The position numbers were made by a program, and so were the translations under genes. Below, one piece after another: positions 27,598 to 39,325 of a stretch of 64,000 bases of DNA. Below the pieces are notes generated by a model. That model was not told the DNA's origin, searched no databases, and saw only the letters and a list, made by a program, of their open reading frames with translations. Position 1 is the first letter of the stretch. Each line of letters begins with the position of its first letter. The stretch covers positions 9,424,001 through 9,488,000 of the forward strand of contig CM075990.1 in NCBI GenBank assembly GCA_038087875.1, read 5' to 3'. The stretch is from Malacoraja senta (Eukaryota).

Positions 27598-28982
27598 CTA
27601 AACCAAATGGGACCTGTTGGGCCCCATCCCCAACGCGGGGGGGGGGGGGGTGAGCAGCGTCACACGGAAGGGCTGGTCACCGAAGGCGGCGGCGGCGCTC
27701 ACCCCAGAGACAGGCGCCCCCGGAGCCAATCGCCCCCATCACCCGTTCCCCCAACTTAACCATTCGCCCAACGCAATATTCCACCACTCACCCATATCCC
27801 CAAACTGTGCAGGCGTGGCTTATTTCCCCTCACCCATAGCCCCCAACACTCCCTCCCCCTCCCTCTTCTTTCCCCTCACCTCCTCCCCTCCTCCACTCCC
27901 TCCTTCACCTCTCCCTACCTCTCCTTTCCTCTACCCTCAGTCACTCCCCACCCACCATAAATCCTCTCCCCTCCCTACCCCCCGACCCGTTGGGCCGCGT
28001 TTCCCCAACGCAATATTCCACCATTCACCCATTTCCCCAACGCAACCCGTTTCCACCACTCACCCATTCCCCCAACGCAACCCGTTTCCCCAACGCAATC
28101 AATCCTTCCCACGTGGGGGGGGGGGACAGTCGGCGCTTCCCAAAGTCAATGAATGGACTCGACTTTTGTGTTGGTGTCAGCGCTCCCTTGAGGCAATCAA
28201 TCCTTCCCACTTGGGGGAAGGGGGGGCAAAGATCTCACTCTCTCCTTACTCCCCTTGAAGCTGCTGTTCCATTGTCTCTGTCACTTCTCCCTCCCTCTCC
28301 TTTTCCCTACCCTCAGTCAATCCCTCCCTCCCCTCTCCCCTTTCGCACTCCCCCACTAAAGACAATGTTTAAATAACATTTCTTTTCCTCCCATGCCCCA
28401 TTCCGTAAACTCTCATCGCTAGTGTATTGGCAGCAGAGATCACATTGTGATGTCATTTTCAGTTTTCGGATTCTTCACGGCAGCTTGAGTAAATGAGATC
28501 CCATTGTGATTGAACAACTGTGAGATGCCATTGTGACATCATCACTGGAAGCTGTTAGAAAAGTCTCCAACTCACAGGCAGTTATTATTTTCAAAGTTGG
28601 CTTTTTTTAAACTTTAAATATCAATAACTTGTGAAACATCAAATGTGAAGAAACTTGATACTAATGACCACGGGAACATGCTGAGTAAGATTCTGCAAAG
28701 AAATTGCGCTATTGCCGTTTTGGNNNNNNNNNNNNNNNNNNNNNNNNNNNNNNNNNNNNNNNNNNNNNNNNNNNNNNNNNNNNNNNNNNNNNNNNNNNNN
28801 NNNNNNNNNNNNNNNNNNNNNNNNNNNNNNNNNNNNNNNNNNNNNNNNNNNNNNNNNNNNNNNNNNNNNNNNACAGACCGAGACAGACCGACAGACAGAG
28901 ACAGACCGAGACAGACCGAGACAGACAGAGACAGACAGAGACAGACAGAGACAGACAGACAAGAATTTTAATAGTGTATAGA
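27598..28982 (-). mobile_element. Non-autonomous Helitron (spans an assembly gap)
   Basis: Minus strand starts A|TCTATACACTATTAAAA followed by a (TCTG/TCTC)n microsatellite; ends with hairpin gggcccaacaggtccc then TTAG|T; no TSD. Confidence 0.72.
28724..28872. other. Assembly gap (run of N)
   Basis: N run adjoining a GACA microsatellite. Confidence 1.
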
Positions 28983-31087
28983 TTAATCATTACCTCCTAT
29001 ACTTCAGCTCGTTCATTATATTTTTAGCATAGTTTACCATCCACTACAAGAACATGATTTCCCATGAAAGATGAATATGCTAGTAGAGAAGTCCTGTACG
29101 GTGCCAAGGCCTTGTGCAATGTCATCCAGTCATATGGGCGAGCCATCACAAACCCAATACATGAAACATTTGAGAAAACCTAGGACAAATGACAAGGCCA
29201 TACTAGCCACCTTACCATTTGTCAACATTGACAAGTATTCACACTGCAACTGATTTTTAGGAACACTAAAAAACATTTTTTTAAATTTAAGTTTGTGAAT
29301 CAGTTTTTTTTTTGATCATGCTCTGAAGCACCTTGGGAAACTTTTTGGCACGCTAGATTGTTGTTTTTCTTGAATGTAAATAAAGTTGCAAAAAAACTTG
29401 CTAGCACTTAACAGAGTTCTGCTGTTTCTTTCTAAGCAACATCAAATTGTTTTCCAATTTAATCAAACTTGATTATATAAGAATGCATATAGAATGTTTA
29501 ACACATAAAGAATTAAAATCGTGTGCAATCAATAATATTTACTGCTTAATATTAGCTTCAACCTCCCCAAATTATTATCTCCTACTTCAATTTTACTTAG
29601 TTTCCAATACTACTCCTTTTATAAAGAAACTGTTTAGTTTGATCAAGTTTCTGATGCTTTGCCTCAATAGCACAGCTTATGCTTCAGTTTATTTTTCTTA
29701 AATCCCTATTGTAAAGCACTTCCAACTTGTTTTCTATGTTAAAGATGTTATTAAAAGCTGTTATTTTCTTGAATGCAAACGGTGATGCAAAAGATTTGCT
29801 GGCATGCATGCTTGATTCTGCTGCTTCTTTGAATCCCTTTGCAAATTGCTTTCTGAAAATAAATCTTCATCACTCCAAGTAAAGTCTCATAAGCTGATCA
29901 GAAGATTATTTATTTTGCAGAGAGCATATGAAGACTAATTTTAAAAGTTGCAAATGGAAAACAGAAATATAAATGTTGTGTAAAATGCATAACGGTAGAG
30001 TTCTATTCCTGTACTCCTGATAAAGTTCTAAATCCTGCAGACAACAATGGCTTTTAAACACCAAAGGCAAGCAAAGGTCTTCTCCACACTTTAGATTTAG
30101 TTTTTAGTTTTAGTTTTAGAGCAGGCCCTTCAGTCCACCGGGTCCGTGCCAACCAGTAATCCCCGCACATTAACACTATCCTACACACACTGGGGATAAT
30201 AAGGAAATAAGTACTTAGAGGATTGATTTCATTGAAGTTTTCACTGATTCGGAAATAATTGAATAGTAGATTTAATAGTAAATTTAGTAAAAGAGTTTAA
30301 TAGTAAATTAGTAAAAGAATTTAATAGTAAATTTAATATGTTAATTGGGAGACTGAAGATAATGGGACTTAAAATTAAAGCCAGCCCACTAAGTAGAAAA
30401 CTATTTAGCTTATAAAAGGATGGCAAAAATCTGGAATTCTTTCCAACGAAAAGCAGATGGTACAACATTTCGATATTAAAAAAGTTATGTCCATAGAGAG
30501 CTGCCAGCCTAGAGTGCCATAAAACAAGAGGTCAGAGCATGTGGAAAGGGAATGAATTTAGAACAGATAAGGTTAACTAGCCCATATCTGACTCTTCACT
30601 TCTATCCCAATGTATACTATTCATCAAAAGATGCAGTTGCTCATTTCTTCCACAAGATGGTCCCAGCTTAACATTATTCAACTTTTGTTCTAAATGTTAA
30701 ATGGTAAATTTTAAATCACAGGATATTGTTTTACCTTTAAAACTGTTCAACATTTTCCTTATCAGTCTTAATGGGGAATCCTTACATGACAAGGTCAGAT
30801 TAACCAAATTTTAACACATAACACTGGAAAGTTCATCAGTGCAGACTTCCATTCCGTTTCAAATCATAAATTCATTTGTAATAATTAATTTAATCCAAAG
30901 TGAATTAAGGATCCACAGAGAGTTTCTCTTTGAGTTAATTTTTACCACTTTACATTAACATACATTAAATAACATGGGGATTTTGTGATATTGTTTTCCT
31001 CACCACTTAAAATGTTTTTTTGAGGATTTTGTAAAGGATTAATGTCTCTGATATCAAGGAAAGGGTGCACAAACAGACTGTTCTTAC

Positions 31088-31298
31088 CAGGCTGTTCATC
31101 TCTGAAGACTCGAGGCTGCCACACTGCCTGGACTGTACCAAGTCCCTCCATGCCCTCTTCATCCCACGATGTACGTTCCAGCTGAACTACTGGAAGGAGA
31201 AAGTTCAAAGGAGGAGCCCAGTGCGTAGTTGGCATCTGGAGACACAAAGTCATTACCTGAGGCATTGGTCTGGGAAGTCTCCAAATCTTTGCACTGGT
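31088..31298 (-). CDS. CCSER2: CCSER2 second coding exon (two apparent 1-nt insertions)
   Basis: Acceptor ttttgagtag|, donor CTG|gtaaga; reads DQCKD...SPDANYALGSSFELSPSSSSAGTY, then WDEEGMEGLGTVQ and QCGSLESSEMNSL in shifted frames; matches the remembered CCSER motif GSSFELSPSDSSDGTYMWDEEG...ESSEMNS. Confidence 0.9.
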
Positions 31299-32849
31299 CT
31301 ACTCAAAAGACAAAAAAAATGACAAAGATAATTAATTTAATATACAGGAGAAATAAACCACAGCTGACAATATCTCATTAAGGCAATATATATTTTGTCT
31401 ACATTTGTAAAAATATCACTAAAATTATTTAGCCAAAGTTCCAAATAATGCAGCAATTTAACTTGATGTAAACAAATTTCTGGAAATATGATACAAAAAA
31501 GGAACAACTTTATAACTTATACAAGTAACTTGGTTGGCTATGTGAAGCAACAGTATAATTCAATCTTCCTTCAGTTATGAATGAAATTTTGGACAAACAG
31601 GAAAAGGAGCATGAGCAGTTCATTTTGAATGTCTTTATAATGGATTTTGGTTATAGTGAACAATATCTGTAGTAACGAGGCTCCTGTTCATATCGGGCAG
31701 GTCAGGAAATGTTGTTATTTTTTAAGGCTACAAAAACTCTGATTGAAAATTATTAAACGACCTCATGAAATGGAGATTTACTGTTTATATGATGGTTATC
31801 CTCTACCGGCAGAATATCAGAAATCGATTAGGAGACACAGACCAAGACCGGGGGGGGGGGGGGGGGGAAACAGCCGGAGGGGGCAGGGGTACAAAGCAGG
31901 AGAATAAAGATAGGCCAAAAGGATTTTCTCCTCATGACGGATGGAACTATCACTCAGCCTGAACACCCTGTTCACGTTTGGAAACAATCAATATTTTGGG
32001 CCTACTTCCAGCTTGAAGAACTCGAATTAAAGTTAGCGGGCAGCCTCTCTCACCTAGAGCAGTGAGTGACACAGAGAAACACAGTTAATTCTGAGATGTG
32101 GGGCTTGAGGGCTCAGGTGATTCATCCATCTCTGGCAGGGCCTGTTTCCATGCTATATCTCTAAACTAAGCTAAATCTGAGAATATGACTTTATCGAATT
32201 GAGCTTCTTCTCCCGTTTCTGCCATGAGCGCCAGTTTTCAGGATCTTCGATGACCTTCCAAAACTACCCTTTGGATTACTCGGTTATAGCGGACAATCAG
32301 CAATAACAGACACTATTCTCCCCACCCCCAATCTCCCCATCATCCGTTATAATGAGGATTCACTCTACCATGGTTTAAGAAGTGACTTGCCACCACCTTC
32401 CAGGTTGACTGGGAATAGGAAATAAATGCTGGCCGTACCAGTGGTACCCAAATCCTGTAAATATATTTTTTACTCTCATGGCTGAGATTTCCCACAAGTT
32501 TTTGCTAAATAAGTGAACACTGCTGGGACAGCAACTACAGCAGCCAATAAATATTTACAGTAAGCACATCAATAGTGGATTGTTGAGATCATTAAAAGAT
32601 GAATAAGGAATCAAGGACTTGAAAAATATGTTATTTTCCAGTTATGAAGAGAGAACATCAAGTGAACATATAAATAAAAAAGATAGAAATAGATTAAGAA
32701 ATATTAAGTACATAGACAGTGGGAAAATGCGTGATAAAAGAGAGCACAAAATATTTGGAAAGGAAAAACGAGTGCTTTTAAAATAGAAAAAAGATAAGTC
32801 AAACGTAAGGATAGATTGCGTCCATGAATTTAAAGTCACTGACCTATAC

Positions 32850-33550
32850 TGCATGCAAACAGATTATTCAGCCCAATTTATCCACGGTGACAAAGTTGCT
32901 TAACCGAGCTAGTTTCACTTGCCTGTATCTGGCCCATATCCTTCCAAACCACTCCTCTCAATGAACCTGTCTTTAATATCGTAATCGTACACATTTCTAA
33001 CACTTCCTCTGGCAGTTCATTCCATGTAGACAATAGACAATAGGTACAGGAGTAAATCTTTCAGCCCTTCAAGCCAGCACCACCATTCAATGTGATCATG
33101 GCTAATCATCCACAATCAGTACCCCATTCCTGCCTTCTCCCCATATCCCCCGACTCCGCTATCTTTAAGAGCCCTATCTAGCTCTCTCTTGAAAGTATCC
33201 AGAGAACCGGCCTCCACTGCCCTCTGAGGCAGAGAATTCCACACTCACAACTCTCTGTGTGAAAAAGTGTTTCCTCATCTCCATTCTAAATGGCTTACCC
33301 TTTAATCTTAAACTGTGGCCCCTGATTCTGGACTCCCCCGACATCGGGAACATGTTTCCTGCCTCTAGCGTGTCCAAACCCTTAATAATCTTATATTTTT
33401 CAATACCTCCCTGTCCGAAAAAGTTGTCCCTCAGGGCCCTTTCTCCTCTCACTTTAAACATATGTCTTCTAGTTTTTGACTCCCCTGCCCTGGGGAAAAT
33501 AGTGGCTGTTCACCTTATTTATCTCTCATCATTTTGTATACCTCTATTTT
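32850..33550 (-). mobile_element. Younger CR1 3' end (about 33028-33400) nested in an older CR1 3' end
   Basis: ORF 33174..33461 contains SRIRGHSLRLKGKPFRMEMRKHFFTQRVV; flanks on both sides are CR1-like. Confidence 0.85.
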
Positions 33551-33699
33551 ATAAGAATATGAGGGATAGGAAAGGTATTGCCGTAAACCTTGGAAAACAA
33601 GTCCAGTGCTAAAACACTGGTATACAGCTTGACTATATAAAGCGCACTAGTTAACAAAAGGGAAAGAATATACCCTGGGAATTATAGACAGCAGAAAAT

Positions 33700-34140
33700 C
33701 AACAGTAACATTAGTAATGAAATCTCAGTAAGAACATGTTAGTGTGGAATTCAAATGGCATAAACCAACATGACCAATTTAGAATATTTTGAAGAGGTAA
33801 TGAGAGAATGGAAATGCAACAAATATAATGAACTATTTTTAAAAAGCCATCAGCAAGGTATCCCATGATAGATTAATAAACCAGATCAGAGAATGTAGAA
33901 TTACGATACAAGTTGCCAAATGAAGCACAAGCTGGCTTCAGAATAGAAAACTGAGAGTGAAAGGAAAGGGTGGCTATCGTCATATGAATGATGTAGAGAA
34001 TGAACCCTCACAGACAACAGAGCCAGGACCTTTCATTGCCACAATTTACAAGAGGATTTGAACTCTGGAATCAAGATCACTTTGTAAATTTGTAGTTGAT
34101 ACCAAATCGGGGAGTGAATGGGAATACAGGGAAGGAGTCA
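33700..34140 (+). mobile_element. Very degraded CR1 RT fragment
   Basis: Remnants resembling TNLEYFEEV and KAxxKVSHDRL. Confidence 0.5.
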
Positions 34141-34546
34141 CTACCAAGAACAACTGCAACAATGCTGTCATGGAATGCCTTTTTTAATAAAGTTATGAGC
34201 CCTATTATTCAACCAAATCTCTGGCCAAGAATGTTAAATAATGCAAGGTGAATAAAAGCATAACACATGTTACTAAACTCTTTGCTCTTAATTAAAACAG
34301 TTTAGAGATAGTCCTGGTTGTATAAAGATCATCATTTTAAGATGCTATCTTGAACTGTGGCTGATGCAGTGGTAGAAATGTCAACGAGCACAAGTACATT
34401 CTGCATACGTGTCACTATTTCACCGTAACATTTAATATTTAAATGCCACCAAAACACAAGTACAATCAATGCATACATGCTTAAACATTAGTTACTCTTA
34501 TCCAAAATATAAATAAACCAGCATTTAATATTAACATCTTACGCAC

Positions 34547-35996
34547 CAGGCAATCCAGTGTCCAGCCATTCTGCATCTGCATATGCTGAAATTAGTGTTT
34601 CCTCAATTCCTTCTGATGACATAGCCTCATTAGGAATGTAAAGATCATCAGCAATTTCTGTGGAAAGAGAATTGTCGCTGTCCACAATTTCGAAGGATTC
34701 AGTACCTGAATGAGGTAACTGTTCGCTGTTAACTATATCACAGTTGGAGTAAATTGATGAGATGACTACCTCTGAATCATCAATATCATTTGCAGAAAAT
34801 GATTGAAGTTCTTCACTGACTTCATGTTTAGTCTTCTCACCTATGGCATTGTTTAACAAATTATCAGCAACGCATTCAATATCTACATTTACAGTATTTG
34901 GACCACTTTCCTCAATTGTTGGAATTCCACAAGTTTCCTCGATGGTATCAGATAATGGATTTACAGTGCATGTTGTTCCTGAAGTGGTCAACCTCCCACA
35001 TTTAATTACTGCAGATTGTGTCATCTTGGAAGCAGAAGCAGTGATATAAAATGAAGATGTGGGGCAAGTAGGAAGCTGAGACTTTTTCAAGACAGATGAT
35101 GGTGTTTGTAAGCTCGGTCTACTAAAAGCACTTTTACTAACGGATTCACCTGTGCCCGAGCTATCAGTACCCCTTGGACTGCCATAGCGATAAATATTTG
35201 ATCTCAAAGGAAGACTCGTCCTCGTTTGCTGGTTCAGACAAGGTCTAGAAACATCTGCAGCCTTTGAAAAAGACAAAGATCTTGGTATTACATCAGAGCC
35301 ACAGGAGTTACTTCGTGTGGAATACGAAAAGCTCTGGGACCTAACAATGTTCTCTTCAGTTAAGTTCTTCAAGCTTTCTGTGGATTGGTCAAGACTCCCT
35401 TTTGAACTGCTTGATGCTGAGAAAGTCTCTTCTTGTTCAGTCATCTTTCCGGCTGCTGTTTTACGAAAATGACCAAATGACTGTGACCTTGAGATGTGAG
35501 ATGTAAATGGCTTTCCCAATACTTTCCCATGGTTTCCTCTTGAAGAATGATTTAAGCTAGTGACAGGCAATTTATTTTCTTTTACGCAAGGTACAACTTG
35601 ATGCTGCTTTTGATGGCTGGTTACTGCAGTAGATTTACTCTTAAAGCCCAAGTCTGTGTGATCTTTAACAAAAGGAACTTTAGAATAAAAGTTTCTCTCA
35701 ACTTTAACATACTCTTCATTAGTAACAGTGCAAGACAATGGTGCAGCTGGGCCTTTTGCGCCTTGTCCACTACCTTTAGTTTTACCAGACTTCTTCCAGT
35801 TGAAAGCAAACGCACCCATACGAGCAGTTCCGTTCTGCTTGGAGTCAAGTTTTGAACTGCTGGAAGCACTGACATTGCGAATACATCCTCCATTTGATAC
35901 AGGCTGAGGAAGAGTCTCACTTAATTTAGAGGTTCCACCACCAAACTTGGGCAATCTCGAAACAGAGGTAGGTTTGCTCTGTGTTTTTCCTTCCAT
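34547..35996 (-). CDS. CCSER2: CCSER2 (serine-rich coiled-coil protein 2, FAM190B) large first coding exon; exon spans 34547-36035 including 39 nt of 5' UTR
   Basis: MEGKTQSKPTSVSRLPKFG, FNWKK, VRSQSFS, RSLSFSKA and EWLD match the remembered CCSER2 N-terminus; acceptor gccttgtag| at 36036-36037; in-frame TAG two codons before the ATG; phase-1 donor CCTG|gtgcgt. Confidence 0.92.
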
Positions 35997-36549
35997 TAGC
36001 TAGCAGACACCTCCACTTCCCAAGATACTTGCAATCTACAAGGCAAACACAATTAAATACATTTATTTTAAGAAAATATCATTTACCCTGCCAGTACACA
36101 ACAGCATTAACAATTTAACCTGCGGTCTTCTTGTTATGAAAAAGATCCTATTGATTTGACAATTCACTGGAATACACAATTCTATTTTTTCAAGTAAAAC
36201 AAGAGACAAAAGCATAAACTAACATGATAGAACTTGGTTATACACTTAGCCATCTTCCTGGTAAACAAAAATCATAGAAGGCATCAACTGCTATAATTGA
36301 GAAATATTTGAGTTGTCTTCAGGGACATTGAGTGAGCAGAAAGAAGCAACATGAAATTCCCATCTGCAGATAGAGATACGAATAAATCTTAGTGCTGACT
36401 TATCCATCAAGGTTAGCCAATTCATTACTCTTCATTGAGAGCTTCTCCTGGGACCATGAAGGCTCAGCTGACTTTTCTGTTCCCTTATACTTTTTTCCAA
36501 AAATCAACTTGGTGAATACCTACTGAACTAACTCAAATGCAAGCATATC

Positions 36550-36975
36550 TCATAAGCGATAGAAGCAGAATTAGGCCATTCTACTCCGTCAAGTCTACTC
36601 CGCTATTCAATCATGGCTGATCTATCTCTCCCTCCTAACCCCCATTCTTCTGCCTTCTCCCCATAACTAATCAAGAGTCTATCTCTGTCTTTAAAATGTC
36701 CATTGACTTGGCCTCCACAGCCTTCTGTGGCAAAGAATTCCACTGATTCACCACCATCCGACTAAAGAAATTCCTTCTCATCTCTTTCCTTTAATTCTGA
36801 GGATATGACCTCTAGTCCTAGACTCTCCCACTAGTATAAACATCCTCTCCACATCCATTCTATCCAAGCCTTTCATCATCCGGTACATTTCAAGGAGGTC
36901 CCCCCCTCATTCTTCGAAACTCCAGCGAGTACAGACCTGGTGCCGTCAAACACTCATCGTAAGTTAACCCATCTC
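36550..36975 (-). mobile_element. CR1 LINE 3' fragment
   Basis: ggcctccacagccttctgtggcaaagaattcc and attcaatcatggctgatct are shared with the other CR1 ends. Confidence 0.85.
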
Positions 36976-37044
36976 ATTGCAATAAACAGACCAAAACTGC
37001 ATACAAGGTTCATGAAGTTGTAGCAAACATCCCTACCTTTATAC

Positions 37045-37716
37045 TTGTTTTTTTAGTATGTGTTAAATGTATGCTTTTAGTGTTCTTTAGCTTGTTTTAT
37101 GTGGGGGGAGGGGGTTGGGGGAAACTTTTTCCAATCTCTTACCACGACGGAGATGCAATGTTTTATTTTCCGTATCGTATCTCCATCCGCACTGAGGCCT
37201 AACATCGAGGAGTTGGCAGAGCGCGACTTCGAGAGCTCCACCACGGGAGGCTACGGGACTTTAACATTGCGGAGCCCGCGATCTCTTTGCCAGGGATCGA
37301 ACTCTGAGCTCTGCCGCGGGAGCCTGTGGACGTTAACATCGTGGAGCTCACGATTTCTGGTCAGAGACCGACTTTGGGAACTCCAAGCCGCAGGAGCTTC
37401 AACCGCCCCGACCCGGGAGTTTCGATCGCCCCAACGTGGGAGCTTTGATCGCCCCGATGCGAGAGCTTCGATCGCTGGCTGCGGGAGCTTCGATCGCCCT
37501 GACATATGGTTCAACTGCCCCGAAAGTGAGGGAAGAAGGAGACTTTATTGCCTTCCATCACTGTGAGAAAAGGAGGGAATCCGCTGTGATGGATGTTTAT
37601 GTTAACTTTTATGTAGTTGTCTGTCATGGTGCTTTTTTTAGTATGGCTGTATGGTAATTCGCATATCACTGTACTTTAATTGGTACACGTGACAATAAAA
37701 GACCTTTGAAACCTTT
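37045..37716 (+). mobile_element. GC-rich non-coding retroelement with a Rex-like tail
   Basis: Paralog of 21045-21695 with four gggagcttcgatcgcc-type repeats. Confidence 0.75.
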
Positions 37717-37979
37717 AAAGGTCAAAATTAATTGCTATACCTATATGGCAACTTCCTGTGAAGAGATTCATTTGCAAAGGATTTAGCTAAAATATCATAA
37801 GAGATTAATCATATATTGTGAGAATCACTTATTAGCCAGACCAAGATGATAAAATCCCTTTTCTGAGCTGCCTTGGCCCATTTGACAACATTATAGCTCC
37901 TTGATGTGGACTACTATTGGTCTTCGATATAGGTATAATATACAACAAAACTACTCCAGCCCTCTAAATGGAAATCTTT

Positions 37980-39325
37980 ACCCACAGCAGCTTCAAATTC
38001 TTGAGCATTAACATCTCAGATAAACTGTCCAAGGCCCAGCACATAAATGAAATCACAAAGATGCACTCTACCTTCTTATGAGCTTAAGGAGACTCAAAAC
38101 TGAATGCCATTGAATACTCTTACAAACTTCTACAGATGCTCCGTAGAAAGTATCTCGAAAGCATCAAGGCATCAAGGTATCAAAGCCTGCTATGGCAATT
38201 TGAACACACGTGAAAAGAAGAGGCTGCAGAAAGTGATGGACTCAGCCTTGTCCACCACAGGCACAAGCTTCCCCACTGTTGAAAGCATCTACATGATACT
38301 CAATAAAGAGGCATCTATCATTAAGGATCCCCAGCATCCAGTTCATGTCCTTTTCTCGCTGCTATTGGACTGAAGGCCTGCACTGCCAAGTTATGGAGCA
38401 GCTGCTTTCCGACAACCATCAGATTCTTGAGACAACCGGCAAATGACCTGTAGAGCAGCATCTCATAATCACCCTATTCCTTAAGGGCCTGTCCCACTTG
38501 GGCGTCATTTGCGAGTCACACAGTTGGCGCGCGAAGATTTTGTGAATCCCAAAATCCTGGGGCGCTGTGCGCGACCGCTCGTCACTGCCTACGCCACCAC
38601 GCACCATGTGCGCATAATGCGCACGTGACGCGTAAATGATGTCGCGTTGTGCGTCGTGACGTGTAAATGATGTCGCGTAAATGACGCGCAAATAACGCCC
38701 AAGTGGGACAGGCCCTTTAAACCTCCTCTGTATGCTCATGTCATCCATAATCCCTTGTTTCTCTTTTATCCCCCCCCCCCTCCCCTTATTTCTCCCCCTG
38801 ACTTTACATTTCACTCATCCTTTTCCTTCCTTATCTGACACAATATTGTCTCCTTTTCACCACTAGCCTTTGCCACTTACTCCACACATCTGGCAATGAT
38901 CCCTCCCCTACCCCCTCCCTCACCTGTAATCACATATCACTTGCCAGGCTTTGCCCCACACCGTCTCTCTTTTTCAGCTTTCTCCTCCCCACCCCATTAG
39001 TTTAAAGAAGGGTCCCAACCCACAACATCGTCCGACCATCCCCTCCACAGACGCTCCAGATGCTGCCTGACCTGCCCAAATCCTCCAGCATTTTGCAGAA
39101 CCCTGATCCTAACTCGACAATCAAACTACTAATCACCTCTTGAACTACTATTTCTAATCGTATTGTTACACTAATGTCTTGTTTTGCTGTATTTCATTTC
39201 TTTTTCTTGAATTATTTATGTTCTGTGTATTTGTCTGAGTGTTCATGCCTGTGATGCTGCTGTAAGCGAGCATTTCATTGTACATACATCATACTTAAGC
39301 AAATGACAATAAACGCAACTTGACT
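37980..39325 (+). mobile_element. Degraded Rex1/Babar LINE 3' part, interrupted by a MITE and a Penelope-derived repeat
   Basis: TLTNFYRCSVESI...YGN...KRLQKV...IIKDPQHP is the typical Rex1 C-terminal region; tail atgacaataaac..cttgact. Confidence 0.8.
38484..38716. mobile_element. PIF/Harbinger MITE (Tourist-like)
   Basis: TIR agggcctgtcccacttgggcgt / acgcccaagtgggacaggccct; TTA duplicated at 38481-38483 and 38717-38719. Confidence 0.9.

Noticed and set aside
28639-29027. ORFs containing X runs
   Set aside because: They span the N gap and a microsatellite
30258-30340. AT-rich imperfect tandem repeat (aatagtaaattagtaaaaga)
   Set aside because: Simple local slippage with no evidence of function
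1-31000. Next CCSER2 exon (DILNNLESCDL...-like)
   Set aside because: No match found by eye; it probably lies beyond the left edge of the window, but a tBLASTn is needed to exclude it
30942-31265. 107-aa ORF as a standalone gene
   Set aside because: Only the WDEEGMEGLGTVQ part is in the true CCSER2 frame; the rest is off-frame or intronic
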